NCBI GenBank assembly: GCA_010909165.1
Contig: MU008181.1
Coordinates: forward strand, 992,001 to 1,056,000
Direction of reading: 5' to 3'
DNA length: 64,000 nt
Source: Anthoceros angustus
Taxonomy: Eukaryota > Plantae > Anthocerotophyta
The notes beneath the pieces are model-generated. The model made no database searches and had not been told where the DNA came from. It was given only the letters and a program-made list of their open reading frames with translations. Below, piece by piece: positions 35,602 through 47,930 of the stretch. The position numbers and the translations under genes are program-made. Each line of letters starts with the position of its first letter. Within the stretch, counting starts at the first letter, position 1.

Positions 35602-37722
35602 TTAGGGAAAGCTCTTGGTCTCGCCATGCTTCATTGTGATGAAAGCTCCAGGATCGAGGTGCAACCTTGACAATTCCTGCTCCAGCAGCAAACCTAGATA
35701 TCAGTAGACTGGTAGATGATAACCGGGCCAGAGTAGCCAAAAATTGATCCAACACGAACCTTTCGCAGCCTGATGGGAGGCTCCAAGATCGGTTCATCTG
35801 TGAGCACGAAGGTCCCTGCGTCAACAGCAAAGGGTTTATGAGCCCCCAGGAATATGGCCATGTATAATACTTTCAACGAGAAGAATCCCAACATACACGT
35901 AAATCCGGCCATGTGGCGGAGGAAACTGACAACCATTCGGTGCTTATGCTCACCCCAATGCATTCCGATGGATTGCTTGGCTCCAACAGCTAGGTGAATT
36001 GCAACGGCATCCTCTGAGACAGTAGCATGGAAAGGATGTTAGATGAACAGAAAACCATTGACAGTAACAACGTATCACTTCCGAACACCTGTTAGCCGTT
36101 GGACTGACCAGGAGAGCAATGGATTTGGCTCATGAACCAACGAGGGCTGTATGCTCCTATTGGAATGAGAGCAACATCGAAGGGACCGAACTTCTTCCCA
36201 ATCTCCGAGAAAGCTGAACAAACGGGCGGCTTTTCTGCAACTTCCTCTAAAGGATCGCTTGACTTGGACACTGAGCAGAGTCCTGTGTCGCCTGCAAAAT
36301 ATATCTTGCGAGATTGACCTTCAAGAACCCAGGAGGCCCACAGAGTCTGCCACGCATACAATCACTGTCAGCAGACTGTGACCGAGCGCAAGGGAAATGG
36401 AAAGTTCCTGGTTTTGCAACTGTAGTCTTGCCTTGTTTCTGTCAAAGAGACCACGACCAGAGAAATGTTGGCACGGGGTGCAGGTTGCCGTGAAGCATTT
36501 GGTCTTACCCTCATCAGTCACGCAGAACTTGTGTTCTTGCCACCAGTCTAGTTCAACCTGTGCAAAATCAGGAAGGGACGAATTCAGTGAGTAGGTAATC
36601 GATTGACCAATACAAAATACGAAGCAGGAGGTGGCTCCTGCTGGCTTCGCAGGGTTAAGACTTACAACATTGGTGACACCTAACTGAGTAAACCTGGTAC
36701 ATAGACAACACATCAGTAACTAAAATAGGATGAATGGACCTGAATGACAGAATGGGGCTGCTGGGTACTTTACCAGCTCTTCACTCCAAGTGGTACAAGG
36801 TAGAGAGGCTTGTTGCCCAGCTTCTTCACAGTTCCTTCATCCAAGTGGTCTGCAGACAAACTAAACCTTGCAGAACATCGACATGACCACAATGCACAGA
36901 AGGAAACGCGGAAACACACTCACCATAATGGTTATGTGAGATGATAACCGCATCCACACGAGGCAAGTCGCTGAGTGGGAAGGGAACTGGCACAATCCTA
37001 TCAGACATGAGCCAGCATGAGTCTTCGTTCATCGCTTAAGAACAAGGAACCTTAAAATTTGCTTCACCTCATCTCACCGCTTGGGGCCAACATGCTGGGA
37101 AGGGGAGCAACGATCTGACCAGACTGCACAACAAGAATCAAGAGGCTTAGAGCACCAAACCATCTATCGTTTTACGCAGTCGCTCTGAATCCGCTGCTGA
37201 CCTGGATCAGTCAGCACGTTCAGCCCCTCAAATTGAATGAGAAAAGTTGCATGACCGACCCAGGTAGCCTGCAGTCCAAAACGAACATACAGGCGAGTGA
37301 CAGAACATGTCCGGGTCAAGAAACAGCTTCTACAAGACGAGTAGCTTACCACAAAGGTGTCAAAGGAAAGCTCAAAACAGCTCGTCAGAGAACCTAGACT
37401 ACCGACCTGAATCGCACCCTGAGGAGGATCTCGCAATGCACCAATGTTCGTCCTCACAGGCATTCCCAGGTGCCTCCTGACATCATCAGTGACTTTTTTA
37501 CGATTCCTGAGAAACTCCTGCAGCAGCAAGCCGAGTTGGCATGATCCTAAACTATAATACGGACAAACGCGTGCAATCTCAAATTCCATCGCTACAACTT
37601 CTTACGCCGACTGCCTTCAAGCGCTGGTTCACGGTCATCTCCAAACCAAAGGAAGGCCATGGATTTCGAAATCCGCCGCCGGGTGCGTGATGCTGCTTGT
37701 CATTTGTAACACCCTCCGTCAT
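35602..37722 (-). CDS. NAPE-hydrolysing phospholipase D-like metallo-beta-lactamase (spliced; includes a GC-AG intron at 36347-36431)
   Basis: [39 protein letters not shown] (HxHxDH), [75 protein letters not shown]. Confidence 0.88.
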
Positions 37723-38205
37723 CCTCGACACTTTAGCCCGCGAGCTTGAGTCCAGAAGGCATTGAGAAAGCAAAGTCGGAGACGTCCTCACGATGGCACC
37801 CAGAGCTTACGGTGGCTGCTGCGTATACATGCTATCGGAGTCGTGAACTCTCTGCACTGTGTCCAACGGGACCCACCACGCAGGAAGCATCCAAGCAAGA
37901 CACCATGGTGCCTCCGCGCAAACAGCCCCGGCCTGTGCCACTGCTGACCATCCAAGCCCGGCTGTGAACTTGGACCTTTCTCGGAAGAAATTTCTTTGAA
38001 ACATTGCCTTGGTGCTTGAGCTTTTCCACGTGGTGCTCCTTGGAGCTAGTGCGCCATCACGGCTGCTAATCCGTGTATGAAAGTCTTGGAGTTGCAATCC
38101 AGACTCATGACATACGCGGGGCAGTACCTAGTACTTCACATGGGGCACAATGGATGTGTGGCTCAATTGTTTGTTGGAAAGAGGAAATACAGCTCTATGG
38201 CTCGT

Positions 38206-41200
38206 TTAGTTGAGTGGTTGCAAGTGGAGCACATTTTTAGCGAACCATGTTGCTTTCACTTTCTCTTCAGGCAGACATGGATCCTCTGCAGGAGACTCTC
38301 CCAAGCAAAGTGCCATTACGTCGCGCAGTTCATCCCTGTTCGTGACATATCAACGAATCCGATTATGTACTTTGCCGCAGTGCAGTGCAAACGGCAGATG
38401 AAACAAACGGGTTTGATTCTAGAATACTGACTTGGTCATTGCATCCCCTTCTTCGCACAGAGCTTTCACCAGAGTGTCGCGTTGCAGCTCCCCTGTCTCG
38501 GCGTTTGCTCCAAGTTCCTGAAGGGGAAAGATGCTCAGATAGTACACTGACATGGCGAAGTAGATTACCGAGGATTGGTTGCAGGTGCTTACCGCAAATG
38601 CTCTTTTAATCTGACTCTCCTCAAGTGGAACGACGGGTCTGTGATTGGCATATATCGATATGAAATCTGCAAACTTGATCCTCTTTGGAAGGTCTAATCC
38701 TCCTTGTTTTCTGAAATGGAAGAGATGTCAATGCACAAACTCAAACAGCGCAGCGAAGTTAGTCTAACATCGGTTCTGGCTCTTACAGCGGTCTCCCAAT
38801 TTCTTGAAGGATGTCTCGGATATCAGAAGTAGAAACGTCAACTTTGAGGGCCCTCAGCAGCTCAGGTAGCTGGTCAAGCTGCAAAGTGTCGTCCAGATTG
38901 CGTTCGTGGGATGACTCTTCTCCCTGCGAGGGACATGATCAGCTAGCTGATGGTCGACTAAGCAAATTAGCAAAGAAATTGTGACAGAAAGAGCCAGCTT
39001 TGTGAAACCTGAGATCGGATTTGTGCACAGAAGAAGGTCTCTCTTAGCTCCTGTAGAAGAACTTGTCCGTCTGGGCCTTGAAACAGAGCTGGATGTCCAC
39101 CGAGGGTGTCTGCCTCGAGCTCAAAGAAGTTATTCAGCAACCCCAGATCCACCCGCCACACGTTCACGACACTGAATGTGATCAAGCCTCCAAATGTTAT
39201 ACTTTAGTGACTGGCCCACAAGAAGAAAGACACAACCTGCAGGACAGTTTTTAGAGAACCAGAACTTAGCGTGCTTTTGGAAGGATAGACCCACGAGGTG
39301 GGATGGCAGGTTAGTGAGACTGCTCACCTGTCACCTTGGCCCGAAGTAATGAGATATTTAGCATCGTAGGAGACAGCGATGGAAGAGATGGGACCAGAAT
39401 GCCCCACAACTCCTATAACTTGGAGGTTCTTCCTTTTCTTCGACGGATAGGTCAAGAGTCCCAGCACCTGATTCTTTAATGCATACACAAGGTAGACCTG
39501 CGTACACCTTACCTTGTTAATTGTCTTATGCGTCTGATCAGTCAGCGGACAGCTATTCTAGCTGCTTACCTTTTCTTCCTCTGGCTCACGAATGCGCACC
39601 ATTTGGGCCACTGGTGAGCCAAATGTTGGACCACGGAAAGTCTTCTTGCACTGAAACCTCTCTGTGTCATACAAACGCACTTTGTACCCATTGTCGCAGA
39701 TTACTAGCTGCAACTGCAAGTAGCCACAACCGAACATCAGCCTAATTTCTGGAGGTCCAGTCTTTCTCGTGAAATGACCTTGGCTAAGGAATGTGGGGAC
39801 ATACCTGCCCAAGCTTCGTTGTCGCGTCAGAGACAATTGCTGTGGGGGTATCATGGTAATTGAGTGGCCAAGTTCCCTTCAGTTTCAAGCCGTCTCCTCT
39901 GACAGAGGCAGGCAGATCGTACTCAACCACCCTCATGTCCTGAGAAGCAAGAAGCCTACATGTCAGTCTCCATGCCATGTGTCCTCTACAACCATAAGGA
40001 TACACTAGACATATCAGCACTTGCTCCCGTGACCTTTACACAGCCTTACAAGGCCAATGGAAAACATCCTGTTCACCCTATCTTCATCCGTAGCAAAATG
40101 GAGAGCCACAATTGAACGGGCGTGTGACTTGTATTTTCCTCTGTACTCCCATCTCCCCTTGATCTGTTTGCCATTGCCAGAGAAGCACTGTAAGTGGCTA
40201 CACACCCTGTCACCGGCGGACACAGTAAAGGATACACGTACTGGTTCAAAGGAGAGAACAGCAACGTTCCCACCGGCGTCAGAAACTGCCATGTAGTTAC
40301 CATCACTTGAGAATGTTATCTGATGTAACAACAAAAAAGTGAGTTGGGTTGCTCATAAGAGATGCCAGCACAGTGATCTGAGATTCCACTGGCCAGGAGA
40401 AGAGAGCTTTGTACCAGGGGCACACTCAATCTCGTAAATGAAAAGTTTTGCACATCTTGCAGTGACGTTGAACTCACAATCTGCAATGCATAAGTGTTAT
40501 TTTGGCAAACGAGGGTTCTCAAGTACACTGGAGACATGATGTTCAAGTGTTGAGGCACAAAGACAGACAACTATATCGTAACAGTATGAATAGCAGGACA
40601 TACCTTCAAGACCCCGTTTGAGAATGCACATGCTATGGTTGTTCCCAGCGGCGAGTACTTCACACATGAGAGCTGCACATAACGAAAAACAAGCTTGTCT
40701 TCTCATGTTTCACACGGCTCACCACATGCATCTCACCTGTCAATAAAGCGATACACAACAAGTTAATGCATATTTTGGTCACGGTAATCTGGTCACCTTG
40801 AGTTTAGCAAACTCTCGTCTTGCAAACATTCGTCGTGTTTCATAGTCCTGTATCTGCAAAGTGAGTAATGCCCCACCTATCAAGACCCACGAAGTACAAA
40901 AAGTGAAGTCACATACGCTGTGCTAATGAAGGTGCAAGAACGAATCGACAGAGCCTGTTAAAGCTGACCTGCAGTACATTCCCAGCACTCATAACTGCAA
41001 AGTGGCTCTGTGACGGATGCGCTGACAGCATTTCAACCTTTTCTGGCATAGGCTCCACCACCTCTTCTCCCTACTGGCCTTCCTTCGAAGGCAAAAAACA
41101 ATTAGTAGATAGTCATTTAGATTGATTAAACAACAGGATGAGGTGTCTACTGTACAACATTGCCTTGAACGTTTTGCACTCAGAATGCAGTTATAGAAAG

Positions 41201-43210
41201 TTCAAAAGCATTTCTTCAGCATGAACGCATACCTTGCACTCTATAGACCCTGGTTGCTGCTCAAAGATTGCCGCACGCAGTAGGATCAGATGAGCATTCT
41301 TTGTGCCAATCAAAAAGGGAGCAACTTGAAGAGCATAGAGGGCATCATTGTGTCTCAAAGGGTCCATTGCTGAAAAAGAGAGGGAAGATATCGGACCTGC
41401 AAACAATTGCTGCTTTCATTTTCACGCAAATGACACCATATCATCTCCAGAAAAGAATTTGGAATGTTTGCGAGCGCATGCTTTGTCTGCGCCTACCTGC
41501 CATGAGCTCTTCAAACCAGGCTATGAGGCCCAACCGGGAATCAAAAAACCGTACAAATCCACCAGCATCTCCTGTTGCAATGTAATTTCCTGGTGTAACC
41601 AGAGCTGTGATTGCAGTAGTATGGACCCTCACCACTTTGACTGCACGCATAAGTCTGGCCTTCTTCTTTGCATCAGATTGGCTTTCTTCGGGAGTGGAGC
41701 TATAAAAGACAACGAAAAGTATAACGAATCATTATACTATTTTAGTTTCCTTTCAAACAAGAACATGGTAAACAAGATCATAAACGCTCTGGTACCTAGG
41801 TTCAATCCATGTTACAAGATCTCCATCAACAGTCCCGGTTAAAGCATGTTGTGTGTTAGGGATGAAAGCAGAATGTGTGAAGGTCCCAAGTGTCTGCTTC
41901 AGTTCTTTTGCCTTCACCTCACCTTGTTTACAATCTAGAAAATGCTGGGTGACGCCTATTTCATTCTCCACCTATTGAGAAAAAAGGTGTTTGACTCTAG
42001 ACACTGATAGAAGCTCAAAGCTTTGTCCTAAACTATAAAATAAGTGTCAAACCTTCTGGTGCCTCCAAAAAAAAGCTGTTGCCCTTCCATTTGTAACCAG
42101 TTCATCCATGTCGGACACATTGAAGCGCACACACGTCTGGCTACAGGCAAGACAAGGTTATTAATTTAAGACAATGTCCACTAAGGATGCCAAATCATGC
42201 AGATTTTGTGCAGCAGTAACCTGAGTGAACAACACGCACAGGGAACCACGCTTGTCAGGAAAAACAAGAGACACTAACAAGCTGCTTGCGTAACGACGTA
42301 GGATAGCAAGGGGGAACGTTATACCTGGCGCTCCTGCAAGGGTATGTGGGCCGTGACGAGCGGTTTATCATTACTAAGTAAGTTATCCCAAATGCTTAGG
42401 TCCTGAACGGATCCTGAATCTGCGACATCCCCAACATTTCTAGTTACTAGGATACATTTCTCATCTGATGACAAATTGCTTGGCTTGTTAGTAATAAATT
42501 CAGGAGGTCCTTACAAGGACAGAGACCAACACAGAATTCAGGTGCCAGGTGACTTACAAACGGCACTTAGGGTAGCAATCAGAGAACTGTCGGAGGAGAC
42601 ATCCATGGCGATGATTCCCCCTGCTTGCTCCAGCATCACGGCTTTTTGCACCTAGAGGAAAGCAAAAACGAGATTGGTAAGCATCAAGAGTAAGTCCGGG
42701 TTACTGAATAAGCAAAAACCAACCTGTCCAGTGGTAGCATCCCAGAGAATGAGAGAAGCGTCAGAGCCACAATCTGCTGACAAGATAAAAACTCGTTGCG
42801 GGTCCGACACAAGGCATTGTATCTGATGCACATGGCCTTGAAGAACAATCTGCAAGGAAAGAAGCAGAGAACTTAAGAAAGAGCATAGATTTCCTTCAGG
42901 GTCAACACCAAAGAAGAGGCCTTGAAGTTAAAAAGCAGCACAGGATTCCATTATCGTCACCTGCTGACAAGTTGTTCGATTGAAAATGACAATAGTGTGA
43001 CCAGCTACATAGCACACCAAATCTCTAGAGTCAGTTCGCAAATCCACAGCTCCTCCAGTAATTTGGCTGGAAAATCCAAAAACCCATTCCAACTCCTGCG
43101 CATCTTACAAATCAGATTAGCTGCTTGGTCTGAAAAATGGCCCCATCCTGCATAGTTCCAGTTTTTTTCCTTACTATGGGATGAGGTCCGTTCTCGCTTT
43201 CATGAGTCAT
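38206..43210 (-). CDS. CFAP251: Cilia- and flagella-associated WD40 protein CFAP251/WDR66 (many exons)
   Basis: ELEWVFGFS..YVAGHTIVIF..LQGHVHQIQCL..SADCGSDASLILWDATTG; IATGDAGGFVRFFD..LIAWFE; WEYRGKYKSH; GHSGPISSIAVSYD; C-terminal FISIYANHRPV..EEGDAMT; stop at 38206-38208. Confidence 0.82.
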
Positions 43211-43764
43211 CTTAGATATCCCCTCTCTACGCAAAATCGTCCGATCTCTCGTCCTCGACTATCAAAGAGTAAACTGCTCAAACTCGAGTTTTCTCGTTTT
43301 GTGTCTTCCTTCTACGGGAAGATCATGTATCCAAGAAACAAGATTCAAACGCCCAGAATTCTCACTCCAATCTCTCACTTGTTTGGTGTTGTCTAAATTC
43401 TCGTCTTCAAGATTCCTAGAATGTTGTCAAATCAACTTTGACAAAGAATATCACCTACGTGAAACGGATCCTCACAATCACGAGGCCTTCTCTCCTACAA
43501 AATGGCCTTTTCCAAGTTATATGAGGAACCCGATGACATAGGTCTAACAACTAAACGAGTTAAAAGAATTATATTTTAATTTAAAATCATAAGAAATAAA
43601 GGGATTTTTTAACAGTATCCATGATAAATATAATTAAAAATGATGATTTCAATAGGTGTTCATGATACATTCAATTGTATTGATTATGATTATAACCAAT
43701 ATAATTTTATAACCCAAACTAATCAAGATAGGTGGCTCTTTCCTTTTTTTTTTTCCTCCCAGAA

Positions 43765-44280
43765 GACCCATCTAGTAGCTTCCTGGAGCTCTTTCACCTA
43801 GCTGCGTCTGTGGCTTGGGGCGAGATCCCTCACCAGATTTTCCATGTTCTCGCAAGTAGCAGGTAGCAGGCATGCAGCTTCTTCGTCGCACTATTGCCCT
43901 TCAATGCCATTTCCTTCTCCAATAGCATCTTAATCTCCTTCAATTTGGCATCGCCACTCCCGGGGCTGCAAGTCCTGGGTATTCGGAGTGAAGGCATCCC
44001 TCGAAACTCACTCGGAGTGGGTGGTCTTACAAGTGGATGTGGAAAATGCATTCAACACCATTTCCTGGGTATCATCTTCAAGGAGCTCAGGGACACTGGA
44101 GGAGTCTTAGGATCCTTATCCCATTTTTTAGTTGCTTCTATGGTAGGTCCTCCAACTTCTATTATCAGTATAAGAAAGTCTTATCCGGTTTTGCCATCTC
44201 TGTTTTGGAATATATCACAGGGACTAGGCAAGTAAACCCTCTGGGTAGTGCTCTTTACCATCGCTTACAAGAGGGCCTCT
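43765..44280 (+). mobile_element. RT fragment of the same CRE-like non-LTR family as 24420-28070
   Basis: GEIPHQIFHVLASSR, QFGIATPG, WVVLQVDVENAFNTIS, FKELRDTGG..CFYGRSSNFYYQ, TGTRQVNPLGSAL; collinear with ~26200-26750 on the opposite strand. Confidence 0.8.
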
Positions 44281-45032
44281 GTGTACAACAAGGGAGCCAT
44301 GTAAGGGAGCCATGTCATCAAGCGTCGTTGTAAATTGCCTCCAATCATATTTTATGATTAATAGTATTAATAAAGAGTTTTAGAAAAATAAAAATCAAAT
44401 TTTGAGAAAAAGGCTTTTACAACGTAATCTACAATAAGGGAGCCACATCATCAATCCATTGTTGTAAATGAGCACCCAAAAGAGTGCCACTTCATCCACC
44501 TAAAAACACATGTTGTAAACCGCATCTTAAAACTTGCCATATCAGCGAAACTTAAGCCAATTTACAACGAGGGTTTTTAGATATTGTAAAGGTTGGGATA
44601 TTTACAAAAAGAGTTTCCCTCCCCACTCCCCCTCCCTTGCCTCCCCGCCTCCCTCCTTCGCACTCGCCATCGATCAACAATCAACTTCCATGCTTTGGCC
44701 TTAAATACGTGCTCCACGAAATTTGCAGGGAGTTGTTTCCAATCCACACAGTTGCTGGCCCGCTGCATTCAAGCCACAAACTTTGCACGTTTAGAAAAGC
44801 AACCCACAGTCTGCTTAAGAACCCAGCGGAGCTGACAAAACCCCACGTCAAGGGAGCACCTCCCTCAAAGGACAAAGCATGTGCAACGGACATCAGCGAA
44901 GCACATCCCTCGAATGACTTGAAGCAACAAAACATGGCCGAGATGAAGTAGGGTAAACCACACTGAGCAAATTGAACCGGCTGTCTGGTGACCTTTAAAG
45001 ATTCTTCACATCCGGAAAAGGCTTTCAAGGGC

Positions 45033-45773
45033 ATTATCTGTGGCAACATTTTGCACATGGCCAAGTTGGTGGATTCTCAACCGTATGCCTTGTTTCTCTT
45101 GGACTTGCCATGTGGTTTGGACCTTGATCCCCACTCCAGATAATTTGACACGCGCCTCACTCGAGAGGAGTTTAAATCTAATGTAATGAAGCAATTCTGT
45201 GCCATCACGACATCGGAGGTTTTTCGTATTGTGGTGTTCCATTAACTTGGTGACATGAGTATGATCCGGGAGGTGCTTCAAGAGTCATGCGGTGGAGGTG
45301 TGACATCCTGCTTTTGGCAAAAGACTTAAGTCAGTCTTTTGTCAACAGAGAAGGTTTATGATGACGGTGACTTTTTCACCACATCATTTGGCTCCTCGAA
45401 CAAGGAGTGTGTGCCTCATTAGTTTTTACTTTCTGCAAATTGTATTGTTTTACACGGCGGGGCAGGTATCACCAATTGCTTTACACAGAAGGGTGTGGAG
45501 CACAAGTTGTGTTACAACACAGCAGATGATCGTGTGGTATCTCCATACCAAAAGCCTATGAGACTGCTGAAAAAGTTGATTGACTCACTGTGGAGGGAGA
45601 GTGGGTGCTTGATGGCTGGGCAGGATTGGGATCTGGAATGGTTGCAACTGCCATGTGTTACCGGAATGTTGTGGCTCTTGATGTGGACCCGCGAGCAGCT
45701 CAGTTCATCGATCTCAAGTTGAACAATTTGGATAGTTGGCCAAACGAGGAGGAAGAGGTTGGGGACATTCCAG
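45033..45773 (+). pseudogene. Prokaryote-type beta-class N6-adenine/N4-cytosine DNA methyltransferase (N6_N4_Mtase-like), inactivated
   Basis: One frame reads IICGNILHMAKLVDSQPYALFLLDLPCG (motif III/IV, cf. IxxGD..LILTDPPYG), FWQK, SPYQKPMRLLKKLIDSL (motif X). After a frameshift at ~45595 it reads GEWVLDGWAGLGSGMVATAMCYRNVVALDVDP (motif I, cf. VLDPFxGSGT). In-frame stops at 45141, 45243, 45327 and 45420. Confidence 0.8.
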
Positions 45774-47714
45774 GTAATGTCAGTTGGAAGACCTTTGGCA
45801 AGGAAACCATGGTGAACAATCTGGCAAGTGGGCGAACTCCTTTGTGATACTAAAGCTAAAAGGATCCAAGAAGCATGGCCCTCCTAGTGATATGGAGGAT
45901 GCATTAATTGGGAGTTGCAGTGCCTGAAGACAACACACCAGTTCTTGTTGTAAAGAAACCTGTTGAAATTGAGAACACTGAAATTGTGAAACAGATAGGA
46001 GAGGAACCATGCGATGAAGGGTGGGTAGACAACCAAGTGCCTCAGGTAAATGAACTCGATGTGATTAAGGAGGGATTAATGTGAGTTGCAGCTAGGCAAT
46101 TGGTTTGTAGGTTCACATGCGGACAGCCACTGGACAGCCGGTGTAGTTTTTGTTGGGGTTTGGGGTTTCGCGGCCAGGCATAGCATGCAAGTTCCAACTT
46201 CATCCATAATGGATGAAGCTGCATCCATTATGCCTGGCCGCATGCTATGATAGAATGCAGGTTTTTTCTTTGGCATCTTTACAGCATGTCTGACAATGCG
46301 TTTTTAATAGCATTGTTTAGCCTGTGTTTGGCCTGAATGATGAATTGCGAAAGAGATCAATATCTTCTTGGGTGCATCTGGTAATGACTTGCTTGTAAGA
46401 GCCAACCCATCCAGTTCCTCCTCTCCAGGCATATCGTCCACACCATGCACAATGATGGGGGCTATTCTTTGTCTCCGCTATCCTCTGTACCACCAAGCTC
46501 ACCCCAAATGTGAGTTTTCTTAAACCCTTCATTCATGACTGTGAAGTCAAAATCTTTAGTAAATTGTCTGGTCGGATGGAAAACCTACAAAATACAATAA
46601 GGGCAGAGTTAAAGAATGACTTAAACACCCCATAGGAGACTACATGTTGTGCGAGATGACAACCCTACATAGCACTAAAAGCTTTGTAGCAATATAAATG
46701 CAATCAAGCAAAAAGCATGGCCTTTTTACCCCTATACCTCTTCCGCTAGCGCTCTACATGTGTCTAAGCGACCCATTACCCTAAAACATGATGGCCAACA
46801 ATCATGCAACTGTAAAGCTTTTGAACAAGTAGAATTAGATTTCGATGTGTGAAATTAGTTCTCAGGATCCTCAAGCAATAATAACGACTCTTCGAAATGC
46901 ACAGCAGTACACAAAACCAAGTCCATGACACAACATCGCATCCCCCACAAAAGTTGACCGTGCAGCAACATCTATGCTAGATACACTTTTGCACTTTGGA
47001 CATCCCATGTACCTGCCAATGGTCGCTCCAACGGGGTACTACAGTGCGGTGGCCTCCATGTGGCCACTAGTTTGACCCAAAAATCTTTAGCAAATGGATA
47101 GCCGGTGTTCAAAAGCCCTTGCCGCAAGCATTTCTGATGTCTAGTTAATTTATATTAATCCAAAGTTATTAGCTAGCAGCTAGCATCCATATTCGAGCCA
47201 GGTTTTGCAATTTCCATTAGGCACGAATTCGGACACTTGATACCAGCAAAGCAAAATTATATATAGCCTTACCTAAAATTCTTTCAGAAATTCTGAAAGG
47301 GTTTAGTCCCTGCCTTGTGTCACTCTTGCAAATGCTATCCAAATTCCGCCTTACGTAAACAGCTTTGCTCATGAGGTACTGTGGAGTGGTGTGAAGCCTC
47401 CGACATAAGCAGTTGGACAAAGACAACAATCCATGAATTATTCCGAATCTCTTGTTCACAGCAGCCAGTTTGGTGCTCCGCTCCGCAACCACCAGGTTCT
47501 TGGACCTACCAACCTCGTCTCCGATGTTCTCTCCCGCTCAATCTTATGCCTCTCGCGCATCAGCTACCATACAAGAATTGCACACACTCCCTCGTTAACC
47601 CTCACCACAACAGCGTGAAAAATAGCCTTCCCCAGCGGCCCCTAAAATGCAACTCACCTTGATGGTGAGGAGTTGGAGGAAGGTGAGATTGAGGAAGATA
47701 AAAAGTGCGATTTC

Positions 47715-47930
47715 ATCCACTATTGCAAGGAAAACTTATCTTTCTTGCTAGCCTTGTTGAGCTTACGAAAATGAACACATATCCAGATTTCCCCATTCTT
47801 CTTCATCAAGATGACCAATGGCGACACCCATTCAATTGATGTACTCTATAGGCACAATGAACGCTGCAGGAAGCAGCGTCTCGACTTCGTCTTTCACTTC
47901 TTGCATGTGCTTGGGAGACTAAGGGCCTTT
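47715..47930 (-). mobile_element. Ty3/Gypsy reverse transcriptase N-terminal fragment (copy 1)
   Basis: EVKDEVETLL..FIVPIEY / EWVSPLVILMKKNGEIWICVHFRKLNKASKKDKFSL (cf. W.SPxV.VPKKNGKLRICVDFRKLNK). Confidence 0.8.

Noticed and set aside
44262-44272. CGCTTACAAGA as a left CACTA terminal inverted repeat
   Set aside because: It aligns with the RT coding sequence of the CRE-like element (attgctcactatagggcc in the other copy), and no 3-bp TSD matches the candidate right end.
45033-45773. MTase as part of a DIRS retroelement
   Set aside because: No tyrosine recombinase or DIRS-type RT/RNase H is visible nearby, and the catalytic-motif-first order differs from the Dam-like domain I associate with DIRS.
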